NCBI GenBank assembly: GCA_963789265.1
Contig: CAWBKB010000001.1
Coordinates: forward strand, 1,760,001-1,824,000
DNA: 64,000 nucleotides
Reading direction: 5' to 3'
Source of the DNA: an uncultured delta proteobacterium
GTDB lineage: Bacteria > Desulfobacterota > Desulfomonilia > Desulfomonilales > Desulfomonilaceae
Shown here: positions 51,855-61,342 of the stretch, in pieces
Numbering within the stretch: position 1 is the stretch's first letter
How the letters are laid out: every line of letters starts with the position of its first letter
Made by a program: the position numbers and the translations under genes
The notes under the pieces: generated by a model
Database searches by the model: none
Seen by the model: the letters and a program-made list of their open reading frames with translations, nothing else
What the model was told of the DNA's origin: nothing

Positions 51855-53264
51855 TTACTGTGTGTCAGTTGTCACCTGGCGAGACAGCAGTGTATCAAGT
51901 GCAATCGCCGTGTCCCGCAAGCCTTGAATCAGATCGAGGAACTTCAGCCTTTTGTTGGCCAAAGTGTTTTCCATGTTCAGATAGGTCAGTGGATTCATAT
52001 TTTGATTTGCGTACGCCACCCGCGCCTTCTGAACCATCTTTGCCAGAGTGGGGAGGTACATCTGTAATGTATGGATCTCCTTCATCAAGATGCGCTGCTT
52101 AGTCCAGATCAAATCGGCTTGTCCGCATGCCTGATCGATTCGAGCCTGATATTCTTCACGCAGTTGTTGTCGGGATGCCTTCGCCACGGCTATCTTTCCC
52201 CGGTTACGGTTGAAAAAAGGGAGGGAAAGCGTGGTTTGGTGGCCTATCGCATGGACGTCGGTGTTATCTGAGGAAAGTACTACGCCTACGTTGAGGGCAG
52301 GGAATTGCCCTAGAACGGCCTCATGAACCTTTGCTTCCTGGCTTTCGTAGCCTGCCCTCAATGCGAGCAAGTCGGGGCGACGATCTGCCATTCCTGCGAT
52401 CGCTAGCTTGAGGTCTCGTTCGTCAAGGATGTTTGGCAGAGCGGTAGGCGGGATGAGTTTCACTGTAGCCTCCGGCAATATTCCCAGCAGAGCATTGAGT
52501 TCGTGTCGGGTCTTATTGAGGAGTTGTTCCATATCATTAACCCGGGTATCCGAATCGATCTTTGCGGTCAGATCCGTTCCGGTGACTTCCAGAGTCAGGT
52601 TTCCTTCCCGTAGGGCTTTGGATGACCGAGCATAACGGCTCGAATACAACATTTGAATTTGCCTCAGTATCGCGAGCTTATCTGCTTCATAAATGCACTG
52701 GACAAAAAGGGAGCGAGCTTTCTGAATCACCTGCCATTCTTGCCACAAGATGTCCAGGTCCACTTTGTGGACTGCCGCGTCGGCTGCCTTGATACCCGCT
52801 TTCCGAGTGACTAAGGAATTGAGATCGTAGCTGACACCGGCCTCGTACGCAGTGAATAGATCCGGGCGGTCTACCGTGGGATAGTCCACTCTTAGGGAGA
52901 CCTGGGGGTCTGGTAGTAGTCGTGCAGCAAACAGTTGGGCTCTGGCTACTCCCGCCTTCCGACGCAGTGCATTGAGGTCAGGATTATTAAGCACAGCCAA
53001 TATCGCTACGTCAGTCATGTCCAAGCCGTTCTCGGCGTTAAAGGCGTACGGCGTGAGAGGAGGACAGGAGAAGCGGCTGGGATTCACGGTTAATCGGGAT
53101 GGGATGGTCAAATTCGGCGTAACGGGCAAAGGGTGGGGCCTGTATGTAGCGCATCCGGCAAGAAAAGCGCAAATGCCTAGCAAGAGAATGCTCGATGCGA
53201 TCCAGAGCCTCCGGAGCACCGGAGTCTCAATAAGGACGGACCGGTATTGCTTGAAATAACCCAT
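51855..53264 (-). CDS. TolC family outer-membrane efflux lipoprotein (paralog 2)
   Basis: FLAGC lipobox, NNPDL, RRPDL, LPFFNRNRG. Confidence 0.88.
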   Translation of the reverse strand: MGYFKQYRSVLIETPVLRRLWIASSILLLGICAFLAGCATYRPHPLPVTPNLTIPSRLTVNPSRFSCPPLTPYAFNAENGLDMTDVAILAVLNNPDLNALRRKAGVARAQLFAARLLPDPQVSLRVDYPTVDRPDLFTAYEAGVSYDLNSLVTRKAGIKAADAAVHKVDLDILWQEWQVIQKARSLFVQCIYEADKLAILRQIQMLYSSRYARSSKALREGNLTLEVTGTDLTAKIDSDTRVNDMEQLLNKTRHELNALLGILPEATVKLIPPTALPNILDERDLKLAIAGMADRRPDLLALRAGYESQEAKVHEAVLGQFPALNVGVVLSSDNTDVHAIGHQTTLSLPFFNRNRGKIAVAKASRQQLREEYQARIDQACGQADLIWTKQRILMKEIHTLQMYLPTLAKMVQKARVAYANQNMNPLTYLNMENTLANKRLKFLDLIQGLRDTAIALDTLLSRQVTTDTQ

Positions 53265-53710
53265 ATTCTCAAAGGGGAAGGCAGGAGAGTGAATTTTTGA
53301 ATTAAATTTGTTGCACTAGACGGAAGACATGATGATCGGTGTGGGACAATCCACCCTCCTACATACAAAACATGCCGAGAAAACGAATTTCAGCCGCCGC
53401 GTGGGTCAAAAAAAGGGGCCTTCGTATATCTATCTCAAACCCCAGTGCCCAGGCCGAGCAGCAACTATACGAATAAAAGCGTCCAACAGAATAAGGAAGC
53501 AATATACTATAACGGGAGGTTCTTTGACAATGAACATACACGCGCCGGAATGACGCTCAGTCCGCCGCTTTGTCCGTCTTATCTCGACGGACATCTGCGG
53601 CAAGAGCCCATCAGATCTGTCTCTTCCGACTGGGATCTCTCGTTTCGGGCTCGGTCCGTGCTCGCACTCTATTTAGTAATAGACTCGGGAAGTGGGGGCA
53701 TGACTACGAT

Positions 53711-54211
53711 CTACTCTCGGCCCCTTTCGGTCATAAACGGCTTTTGGGTCGCATTATTGATCGCTGCCCAACTGGTAGTAAATACGTCGACCACAGCCGT
53801 ACAAAAAGGAACGACAAACCACCACGGCAAGCCGGCTTTGCTGTTGATTAAATAACCAAAGGCTATACTAAATGTGATGGCTAAGGCATCAGTGACGGCA
53901 CTGTTGAATTGTAGGTTTCGAGACGTCGTCTCTCGGTTAAAGACCCAAAACAGGTCCCACAGCAGCCAGACGATTGACAATGTCATAAGTATGACCAGCG
54001 GCGGCCAGACACTGGGATCTATAGGCCATCGGCTGAATACCGACGTATTGAAAGCCGGGATGAATTGCCCGATTAGATACCCTATCCCAGCAAGTACTAA
54101 TGGGAAAAGCCAGTAAATACATCCGAGCAGCAGGCGCTCGAAACGAGATCTACCGGCGATAGCTGTATCCACCCTCTTTATTACGGCTGCCTTACTTTCT
54201 ATTGGAATCAT
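53711..54211 (-). CDS. Hypothetical 4-TM membrane protein
   Basis: 166-aa ORF with four hydrophobic segments; SD GGAGGGG. Confidence 0.65.
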   Translation of the reverse strand: MIPIESKAAVIKRVDTAIAGRSRFERLLLGCIYWLFPLVLAGIGYLIGQFIPAFNTSVFSRWPIDPSVWPPLVILMTLSIVWLLWDLFWVFNRETTSRNLQFNSAVTDALAITFSIAFGYLINSKAGLPWWFVVPFCTAVVDVFTTSWAAINNATQKPFMTERGRE

Positions 54212-54552
54212 TCCACCCCTCCGATGTTACTCCGTGAATCTCAATTAATTGCATTGACGATGAATTGCTGCTTTTCCTGTTTCCGTATCGCGCCGCTTTC
54301 ACCCGGGGTCCCGAGAGAATGCCTTTGACTCTTATGTCCCGCCTGCCGAATCCCATAAGTTCCGCGATCCGAATTGTATAGCGGAGCCGACTTGAAATCA
54401 ATGCAGGCGAGTACAGCCGTGGAAGGGCGCCCAAGACGGGACAAATTGGGACACTACCAGATTCTTACGCCGATGTATTCTATGTGGTATGTTCTGATTA
54501 TGAGTCTCTCTCTTTTTTCCAAGTCGTTAACCGACTGAGCACAGGAGACCCC

Positions 54553-56955
54553 ATGAAGGACCGGGAGGAGACCGAAGAAGTCGCCACCAACGAATTGCTG
54601 GACCCCAGCCAAGTAGAAGCGTCGTTTGTCGCGCTCGAAAACCTGGAAGAAGCCTGCATCAAGAGCGAAAGAAAATACCGGACTCTCTTCGAAGAATCGA
54701 GAGACGGCGTGTACTCTGTTTTAAGAGAGGGAGCGATGACCGATGCTAACCCATCTTTCTTGCAACTTTTCGGCTATACAAAAGATGAGATGATCGGCAA
54801 GAACATTCGTGACCTCTGCGTTGATCCTGCCGAACACCCAAAGTTCCAAAATGAGATAGAGAAAAAGGGCTTCGTGAAAGATTATGAAATAAAGTTTCGG
54901 AAGAAAGATGGAACAGAGATGGACTGCCTGGTCACGTCCTCTGTGGAATTTGGAGATGATGCAAGAATTATTGGACACCGCGGAACCATACGAGACGTGA
55001 CCGACCAAAAGCGTGCGCAACTAGCGTTGAGGGAAAGTGAGGAAAGATACCGAGCCGTATTCGAAAACGTAAGCGTCGGCATCAACGAAGTTGACCCAAA
55101 CGGGAAATTCACGCAGGCGAATCCTGCTCTACTGAAAATGCTAGGCTATTCCGAAGAAGAATTTCGGCGGCTCGGTCCCCTGGACGTTACCCATCCCGAC
55201 GACCTGAAAGATTCCGAGCAACCGATCCATGCCTACTTGAGGGGTGAGCCAGGCCCGTGGAGAGTGGAGAAGCGTTATATCAGGAAAGACGGCGGCGTCC
55301 TCTGGGGGGATTTATCGGTTTCCACTATTCGGGACTTGGATGGCAAGCTCAAGGCCGCGGTGGCCGTGATTGCCGACATCACCGAAGCCAAGAAGGCTGA
55401 AGAAGCCCTTAGGGCGGGCGAGGAGAGACTGGAGCTTGCACTGAAAGGAGCGGATCTCGGCTTTTGGGATTGGGACCTCAAAACCGGCACAGCCGTGTTC
55501 AACGAACGTCACGCAGAGATGTCCGGGTACTCACCGGCCGAGTTCAAACCGACAGTTCGCGCCTGGAAGCATCAGGTTCATCCGGAGGATTGGCCGAAAG
55601 TCTCTGAAGCTCTAAACGCACATCTTGATGGACGCCTTCCCTTTTATGAGGCTGAGTATAGGGTCCGATGCAAGTCCGGTGAATGGAAATGGATTTTGGG
55701 GAGGGGAAAGGTCGTGTCACACGACGCTGCCGGCAATCCCTTGCGCATGACCGGGACCAGCCTGGACATTAATGAGCGTAAGACGGCGGAGCGAGAGAGA
55801 GAACGTTTGGCAGCTCAACTTCTTCAAGCCCAGAAGATGGAAGCCGTCGGCACTTTGGCCGGAGGTATTGCTCATGATTTCAACAACCTGCTTACCATTG
55901 TGCTAGGGTATTCCGATTTGCTTCTCGCGGCCAAAGATGGACGAGATCCGTCCTATGAAGATCTCAAGAAAATACATCAGGCAGCGCTCAACGGGGCCGA
56001 CTTGGTTAAGAAAATACTCGCTTTCAGCAGAAAGTCGGATACCAATCCCCGGCCCGTCAACCTGAACCGACAAATTGAGGAGGTTAACATACTGCTGAGT
56101 CGCACACTTCCGAAAATGATCAAGATCGAACTTGTCTTGTCCGATCCCTTGTCTATCGTCAGTGCGGATCCCACTCAAATGGAGCAGATCCTGCTGAACC
56201 TTGCGCTAAATGCCAAGGACGCCATGCCCGATGGCGGCAAACTGACTATTGCGACACGGAATGCTACTCTGGACGAGGAATACTGTAGGTTGAATGTTGG
56301 AGCCAAATCCGGTGATTATGTACTGGTTTCCGTCGCGGACACAGGTTGGGGCATGGACGAGGAGACTTTGAAGCATGTATTCGAGCCCTTTTATACGACC
56401 AAGGAGCTGGGCAGGGGAACAGGTCTGGGACTGGCTATGGTCTATGGCATTGTGCAGCAACATCACGGCCGTATTACGTGCGAAAGTATCCCTGGAGAGG
56501 GAACTACATTCAAAATCTACCTGCCGGCATTAGAACCCGGAACTGAATCCGCGGCCCCGCCTCAGGGCCTAAAGGCAGATCGCGGAACCGAGACCATTTT
56601 GCTGGTGGATGATGAAGAATTTGTCAGAGATCTGGGCAAAAGGATACTGGAGCTATCGGGCTACACTGTGCTCACCGCGGCCAATGGGAAAGCTGCGCTG
56701 GACCTTTACAGACAAAATGGTAACGAGATGTCTATGGTGATTCTTGATTTAATTATGCCGAAAATGGGCGGTAAAGAGTGTTTCCAGGAGTTATTGAAGA
56801 TCAATTCCAAAGTGAAGATCCTTATAGCCAGCGGCTATACCTCCGGTGGTACGCTCAAGAACGCCATTGACCTAGGTGCCGGAGGATTCATCAGGAAACC
56901 ATACGACATGAGGCAGATGCTTCGGGCAGTACGTGAAGTTTTGGATCGGCCCTGA
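54553..56955 (+). CDS. PAS-domain hybrid histidine kinase/response regulator (CckA-like)
   Basis: Three PAS domains, GGIAHDFNNLL, NLALNAKDAM, GTGLGL, receiver LLVDDE..LDLIMP. Confidence 0.93.
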   Translation: MKDREETEEVATNELLDPSQVEASFVALENLEEACIKSERKYRTLFEESRDGVYSVLREGAMTDANPSFLQLFGYTKDEMIGKNIRDLCVDPAEHPKFQNEIEKKGFVKDYEIKFRKKDGTEMDCLVTSSVEFGDDARIIGHRGTIRDVTDQKRAQLALRESEERYRAVFENVSVGINEVDPNGKFTQANPALLKMLGYSEEEFRRLGPLDVTHPDDLKDSEQPIHAYLRGEPGPWRVEKRYIRKDGGVLWGDLSVSTIRDLDGKLKAAVAVIADITEAKKAEEALRAGEERLELALKGADLGFWDWDLKTGTAVFNERHAEMSGYSPAEFKPTVRAWKHQVHPEDWPKVSEALNAHLDGRLPFYEAEYRVRCKSGEWKWILGRGKVVSHDAAGNPLRMTGTSLDINERKTAERERERLAAQLLQAQKMEAVGTLAGGIAHDFNNLLTIVLGYSDLLLAAKDGRDPSYEDLKKIHQAALNGADLVKKILAFSRKSDTNPRPVNLNRQIEEVNILLSRTLPKMIKIELVLSDPLSIVSADPTQMEQILLNLALNAKDAMPDGGKLTIATRNATLDEEYCRLNVGAKSGDYVLVSVADTGWGMDEETLKHVFEPFYTTKELGRGTGLGLAMVYGIVQQHHGRITCESIPGEGTTFKIYLPALEPGTESAAPPQGLKADRGTETILLVDDEEFVRDLGKRILELSGYTVLTAANGKAALDLYRQNGNEMSMVILDLIMPKMGGKECFQELLKINSKVKILIASGYTSGGTLKNAIDLGAGGFIRKPYDMRQMLRAVREVLDRP

Positions 56956-56973
56956 TCCGAAATACGCTAATTT

Positions 56974-57160
56974 TAGAGCGACTCTCAAAAGTAATCACGG
57001 AAAAAGAAAATGACTTGGTGGCGACGCCCCGGCCGGAACGCGGGGTTGCCCGTCACTCCCAATAGACAGGCTGGAAGCCTGTCCCACCAGCAAAGGGTAG
57101 CTCCGCACCTCACGGCATTTCGTAACTTGGAATCCGTCAAAACTTTCGAGAACCACCTTA
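56974..57160. mobile_element. MITE family F copy 1 with GTGG-REP doublet cargo
   Basis: Imperfect TIR TAGAGCGACTCTCAAAAGT / ACTTTCGAGAACCACCTTA; cargo 57018-57087 homologous to 43879-43933 and 60521-60577. Confidence 0.65.
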
Positions 57161-57161
57161 G

Positions 57162-58592
57162 TTATCGGAAAATTGCGAGCGACAAGAAGGCCCCGCCGAT
57201 TACAATCCAGACGGTGTCGATCTTTACGAATCGTTGCACAAGGAAAGCGGCTGAAGCCATGAAGATGGTGGGTATGTCCACCAAGGTGGCCCCGGCCAGT
57301 TTAATGAGCACAATGATGAGTGTGCCAATGAAAGCGGCCACAATGCCTCCAATCGCCTGCCTGACGTAGCCGACCTGACCGGCTTTTGCGTACGGGGCGG
57401 CCACAATGGTCGTCATAGCCCAGGCCGGGAAATACATGTTCACGATTCCAACCAGTGCACCAGTCAGACCGGCCACTTTGTACCCGATAAACGTGCCGAT
57501 GATGGTCACTGGACCTGGCGTAATAAGGCTCAGGGCCAGAGCGACGCCAAACTGCTGATCGGTAAGCCAGCCAAACCGGCTGACTACGGCCTCCTGTATA
57601 AACGGAAGCATTGCGTACCCGCTGCCGAAGACCAATGCACCGATCCGAAGAAATTGACGGCCCATCTGCAATAGCTCGGGTCTGAAACTGATCAAAAGCA
57701 GATCCAGGGACAGAATCACCGACAGCCAGATAATGAGCCTGAAGATCTGCGTCCAACGCAGTGGTAAAGGCATACGGCTACAGGCAGAAACGCAATCTGA
57801 ATTTTGAACCGTCGCGCACTCCCGATCACTTACACCCCACAACTTTCTGACCTTCGCTAAGACGGCCCGCTGCACATTGGACTTGCCGGCAGCTCCGTCT
57901 GCGGATTCCATCTCGTCGGCAGAACTCGTAAGCAGGTTACGAGCCACCTTGCCTCTTTCCCACACGTCATCCCAACTGCCCATCCAGCGGGACAAATTTT
58001 CGAAGCGGCGGGACAGCAGAACTACGACTGTGCTTGCGATGCCTGCTACGATTAGGATTCGCATCACTCCCATCTGAAACCAGAAGACCATCAGGAAGCC
58101 CACAATAGCCATCAGCCAGTTGAAAATGCCCCGGACGCCCGATCTCCACAGATTGAGGATAGTGTTGAAAACCAAGCCGACGACAAGAGCTCCCAACCCA
58201 TGAAAAAGGCCGGAAATTACGGGCATTTCTCCATACTCGAGATAGAGATAGGAGAGCAGTAACATGAGCAGAAAGCATGGGATCAGAAAGAACGTCGTGG
58301 CCGTTGCCGCCCCTGGCAAGCCTCGCAACCGAAAACCCAGATAAGCCGTCAGGTTGACAGTAGGCGCACCAGGCATCAATTGTGCGAGTCCTAGTCCCTG
58401 CATGTATTCCTCGTCGGTAAACCACCTCCTCTTTTCGGTCATCCATTTCTTGGCTTCTCCGAGAGCGGCTAGGCTAAAGGACGCCAGCCCGATGCCCAGA
58501 AATGTACGAGCGATTTCCCACAGCGGAACTCGCTGGCCTTCGCGGACCGTGATCGAATCTTCAGCCTTGCCGGAAACATGCTCTCGAATCAT
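57162..58592 (-). CDS. chrA: Chromate efflux transporter (long-chain CHR)
   Basis: AQLMPGA, GALVFGSGY, ITPGP; two homologous halves. Confidence 0.88.
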   Translation of the reverse strand: MIREHVSGKAEDSITVREGQRVPLWEIARTFLGIGLASFSLAALGEAKKWMTEKRRWFTDEEYMQGLGLAQLMPGAPTVNLTAYLGFRLRGLPGAATATTFFLIPCFLLMLLLSYLYLEYGEMPVISGLFHGLGALVVGLVFNTILNLWRSGVRGIFNWLMAIVGFLMVFWFQMGVMRILIVAGIASTVVVLLSRRFENLSRWMGSWDDVWERGKVARNLLTSSADEMESADGAAGKSNVQRAVLAKVRKLWGVSDRECATVQNSDCVSACSRMPLPLRWTQIFRLIIWLSVILSLDLLLISFRPELLQMGRQFLRIGALVFGSGYAMLPFIQEAVVSRFGWLTDQQFGVALALSLITPGPVTIIGTFIGYKVAGLTGALVGIVNMYFPAWAMTTIVAAPYAKAGQVGYVRQAIGGIVAAFIGTLIIVLIKLAGATLVDIPTIFMASAAFLVQRFVKIDTVWIVIGGAFLSLAIFR

Positions 58593-58628
58593 CGGTTCCC
58601 TCTCCCATCTTATCTGCGATCCGGCCGG

Positions 58629-59117
58629 TTAGAGCTTTGGATCTTCGAACAATTCCCCTTTTTCTATGGACCCTTCCGCGATCAACACAGGGCGATGAGC
58701 TGTTTTGAGAACACTCCGGGCTATACTCCCCATGACCAGATGCTTGACACCGGTCCGGCCATGAGTTCCGGCAACGATCAAATCCGCCGACTCTTTCATT
58801 GCAAGAGACACGATCTCTTTGGCAGGCAAACCGATCCTGCAAAAGGTTTTCACTTCTTTTCCGCGTTGATCGCATTCTCTGGCCAAAGACTTCAGGCGAG
58901 CTTCCGCGGATTCCTTGGCCTGCAGCAGGAATCGGTCGAATTTCTCTAGCATGCTGGGCATCATCCAGTCCGCATCGTTGGGGAAGCCACTTGAATCAAC
59001 TACGTGGATGATAAGAAGCTCCGCTCCGAAGGCCTTCGCGTAATCGACGGCGATTTCGTGAGCGGCCTCGCTATTCTCCGAAAAGTCCGTGCAAAACAGG
59101 ATCTTCTTTGGGAGCAT
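58629..59117 (-). CDS. Universal stress protein
   Basis: KILFCTDFSENS, ADLIVAGTHGRTG..GSIA..RPVL; SD GGAGG. Confidence 0.9.
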   Translation of the reverse strand: MLPKKILFCTDFSENSEAAHEIAVDYAKAFGAELLIIHVVDSSGFPNDADWMMPSMLEKFDRFLLQAKESAEARLKSLARECDQRGKEVKTFCRIGLPAKEIVSLAMKESADLIVAGTHGRTGVKHLVMGSIARSVLKTAHRPVLIAEGSIEKGELFEDPKL

Positions 59118-59177
59118 GACACGAACCTCCTTGTGAATCATGGCTGCTTAAAAGCATCTGAGGATGATTCATGGCTA

Positions 59178-59213
59178 TTGACCTATGACATGTTTTTATA
59201 TAAACTCGTGTCA
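59178..59213. promoter_or_regulatory. Palindromic operator overlapping a sigma70 promoter
   Basis: TGACATG-N14-CGTGTCA (59186-59213, 22/28 self-complementary); TTGACC-17-TAAACT on + strand. Confidence 0.6.
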
Positions 59214-59336
59214 ATATGATGAGGGGCTTTCCAACTCTTGTCAAGCTTTTTTGCACACGCTTGGTCGCCGGAATCAGATGTGCTAATTGTCCCAAATGTG
59301 GAATGCTGTGAATCGTGATGCGGCTATAAGGAAACC

Positions 59337-60452
59337 ATGCCAAACGATAGGGGTAAAATCTTTGAATCGTCGAATCTCGCTGGTACTCAGTCAGAGTCCA
59401 AACTCTTGAACCCTGCCCGCATCTATGAAATCCCACGGGAATCCCGATGTCTCGACCCTACTGAATTGGCGAAGTTGGAGCAGTCCTTCCGCTCGTGGGC
59501 AGAGGATTCGCCGCGGCTGGACGTACGCGAATCCAGAAGACGTATTCTGTTGATCTTTCTGTTAATTCGTTACACCGGCGCGCGACTCAATGAAGTCTTG
59601 ACTCTGGATCTCGGCCGGAACATAGATATCATCAACAGGATTGTTCGGTACGGCGATGTCGAAGCCATTGAAAGCAGGTCCCTCCGCGAAGTGCAGATTT
59701 CATCTGAATTGACGTCCGAAATTCGGCAAACGATGAATGATCTCTCTGTCACGGCAAAAAGAGACTGGTTATTAAGAGTAGATCCGGCACATGTCAGGCG
59801 AAAGTTTTATGAGAGAGCCGCGGCCTGCGGTTTTGCAAAGGATCTCGGTTCCCCTAATGCTATTCGCCGTGCGCGGGCAATGGAGCTCATGCAAAACAAC
59901 ATGCCGTTGCCGGTGGTTCAAAGGGTTCTCGGCCATTCCACCCCTAATCTTACTGCATCCATGGTTACTTTTTCCAATGAAGACATTCACCAGGTAGAGC
60001 GACATTTCATTGAAAAGGAGAGTGCAAGGAAAACAAGCGCACGCAATACATTTTTCGGAAAAATCAGTACGATAAGGAAAGGTGATATTCAGTCCCAGGT
60101 CGAACTGGTCACCATGGGTGGAGATGTGGTGACCACCGTGATTACAAATAACAGCTTCGAAAGGCTGGGACTGAAACCAGGCTCACTGATTACGGCTGAG
60201 GTTAAGGCCCCGTGGGTCATAGTACAGAAATCTCAAAGCCGACCGTCATGCACCGCGGAAAATCTGTTTCAAGGGAAAGTGGCCTCTATACGTCGCGGCA
60301 GACTCACCACGGAATTCATTGTTCGTATTCCCGACGGAACCGAATTATGCTCGGTAGTGACCGAAGAGAGCAGGCGCAGGCTTAATCTCAAAGAAGGGGA
60401 TGATGTGTGGGTGATGTTCAACAGCTTTGGGGTGATCTTGCGTGTTGATTAG
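59337..60452 (+). CDS. tunR: TunR-like regulator: XerC-like N-terminal domain plus two TOBE (Mo/W-binding) domains
   Basis: YTGARLNEV, LGHS but HxxR His and catalytic Tyr replaced; TSARNTFFG, AEVKAPWV, AENLFQG. Confidence 0.8.
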   Translation: MPNDRGKIFESSNLAGTQSESKLLNPARIYEIPRESRCLDPTELAKLEQSFRSWAEDSPRLDVRESRRRILLIFLLIRYTGARLNEVLTLDLGRNIDIINRIVRYGDVEAIESRSLREVQISSELTSEIRQTMNDLSVTAKRDWLLRVDPAHVRRKFYERAAACGFAKDLGSPNAIRRARAMELMQNNMPLPVVQRVLGHSTPNLTASMVTFSNEDIHQVERHFIEKESARKTSARNTFFGKISTIRKGDIQSQVELVTMGGDVVTTVITNNSFERLGLKPGSLITAEVKAPWVIVQKSQSRPSCTAENLFQGKVASIRRGRLTTEFIVRIPDGTELCSVVTEESRRRLNLKEGDDVWVMFNSFGVILRVD

Positions 60453-60459
60453 AGCAAAT

Positions 60460-60600
60460 TGGAGTGGCTCCCGAAAGAATTGTCGTCACACGCGGCGGCT
60501 GTAGCCATCAATTTGGATTAGTGGGACAGGCTTTCAGCCTGTCAATTGGGAATGACGGGCAGGATGCCCGTCGCCACTAAGTTCTTTTTTTTGTATGTGG
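60460..60600. mobile_element. MITE family F copy 2 (inverted, degenerate)
   Basis: GTGGCTCCCGAAAG end and GTGGGACAGGC..GCCCGTCGCCAC cargo match the reverse complement of 56974-57160. Confidence 0.55.
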
Positions 60601-60619
60601 CAATCGTGCCCCAAATTCT

Positions 60620-61342
60620 TCACATGCCAATTCGATGTGAAGTTTTCGTGTGATTGGACCTCAAAGCCCCGTCTTCCATTTCCAGAATTCGGTCGAACAC
60701 ATCCAGGGCTCGGTGGTCGTGTGTGGCCACCAGAACCGTGGTGCCATTCTCGTGAGCCACGGAGCGAAAGAGTTCCATTACCTGCCGACCGCGGACGCTG
60801 TCCAGCGCTGCGGTGGGCTCGTCCGCGAGAAGCAGACGCGGCTTGTTCGCCAGGGCTCTGGCGATCGCCACCCGTTGCTGCTCACCTCCGGAGAGCATAT
60901 AGGGCAAATTATCTACTCGATGTTCGACCCCCAAATGCTCCAGCAATTCCAGGGCCCGGTTGCGAGCGGTCGCTGCTGAAACGTCGTTGATCTCCATAGA
61001 CAATTGCACGTTTTCAAGTGCGGTGAGAAATGGGATGAGATTGGCCTTTTGGAGAACATAACCGATATATTTTCGTCGGTATGACCTGAAGTCCACTTTC
61101 GCGATGGGACCGTCCATCACGACATCGTCTCCAATGATGAGCCGTCCCGCTGTCACCGTGTTGATCAGTCCGACAGCCGTGAGGAGCGTGGACTTGCCCG
61201 CGCCGCTCGGTCCTACAAGCGCTACGATTTCTCCACTCGCGAGGGAAAACGTCACATCCTTCATCGCGACAACTTCGGTGTTTCCGCTGCCATAAACCTT
61301 GGTGAGAGCCTGCGCGTCAATGGCGTGGGCTGAGCCGGTCAT
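60620..61342 (-). CDS. ABC transporter ATP-binding protein (LolD/MacB-like)
   Basis: GPSGAGKST, LSGGEQQRVAIARAL, LLADEPT, VATHD. Confidence 0.93.
   Translation of the reverse strand: MTGSAHAIDAQALTKVYGSGNTEVVAMKDVTFSLASGEIVALVGPSGAGKSTLLTAVGLINTVTAGRLIIGDDVVMDGPIAKVDFRSYRRKYIGYVLQKANLIPFLTALENVQLSMEINDVSAATARNRALELLEHLGVEHRVDNLPYMLSGGEQQRVAIARALANKPRLLLADEPTAALDSVRGRQVMELFRSVAHENGTTVLVATHDHRALDVFDRILEMEDGALRSNHTKTSHRIGM

Noticed and set aside
59337..60452. Active integrase marking a prophage or island
   Set aside because: Catalytic His and Tyr are missing and two TOBE domains are fused; this fits a TunR-type regulator.
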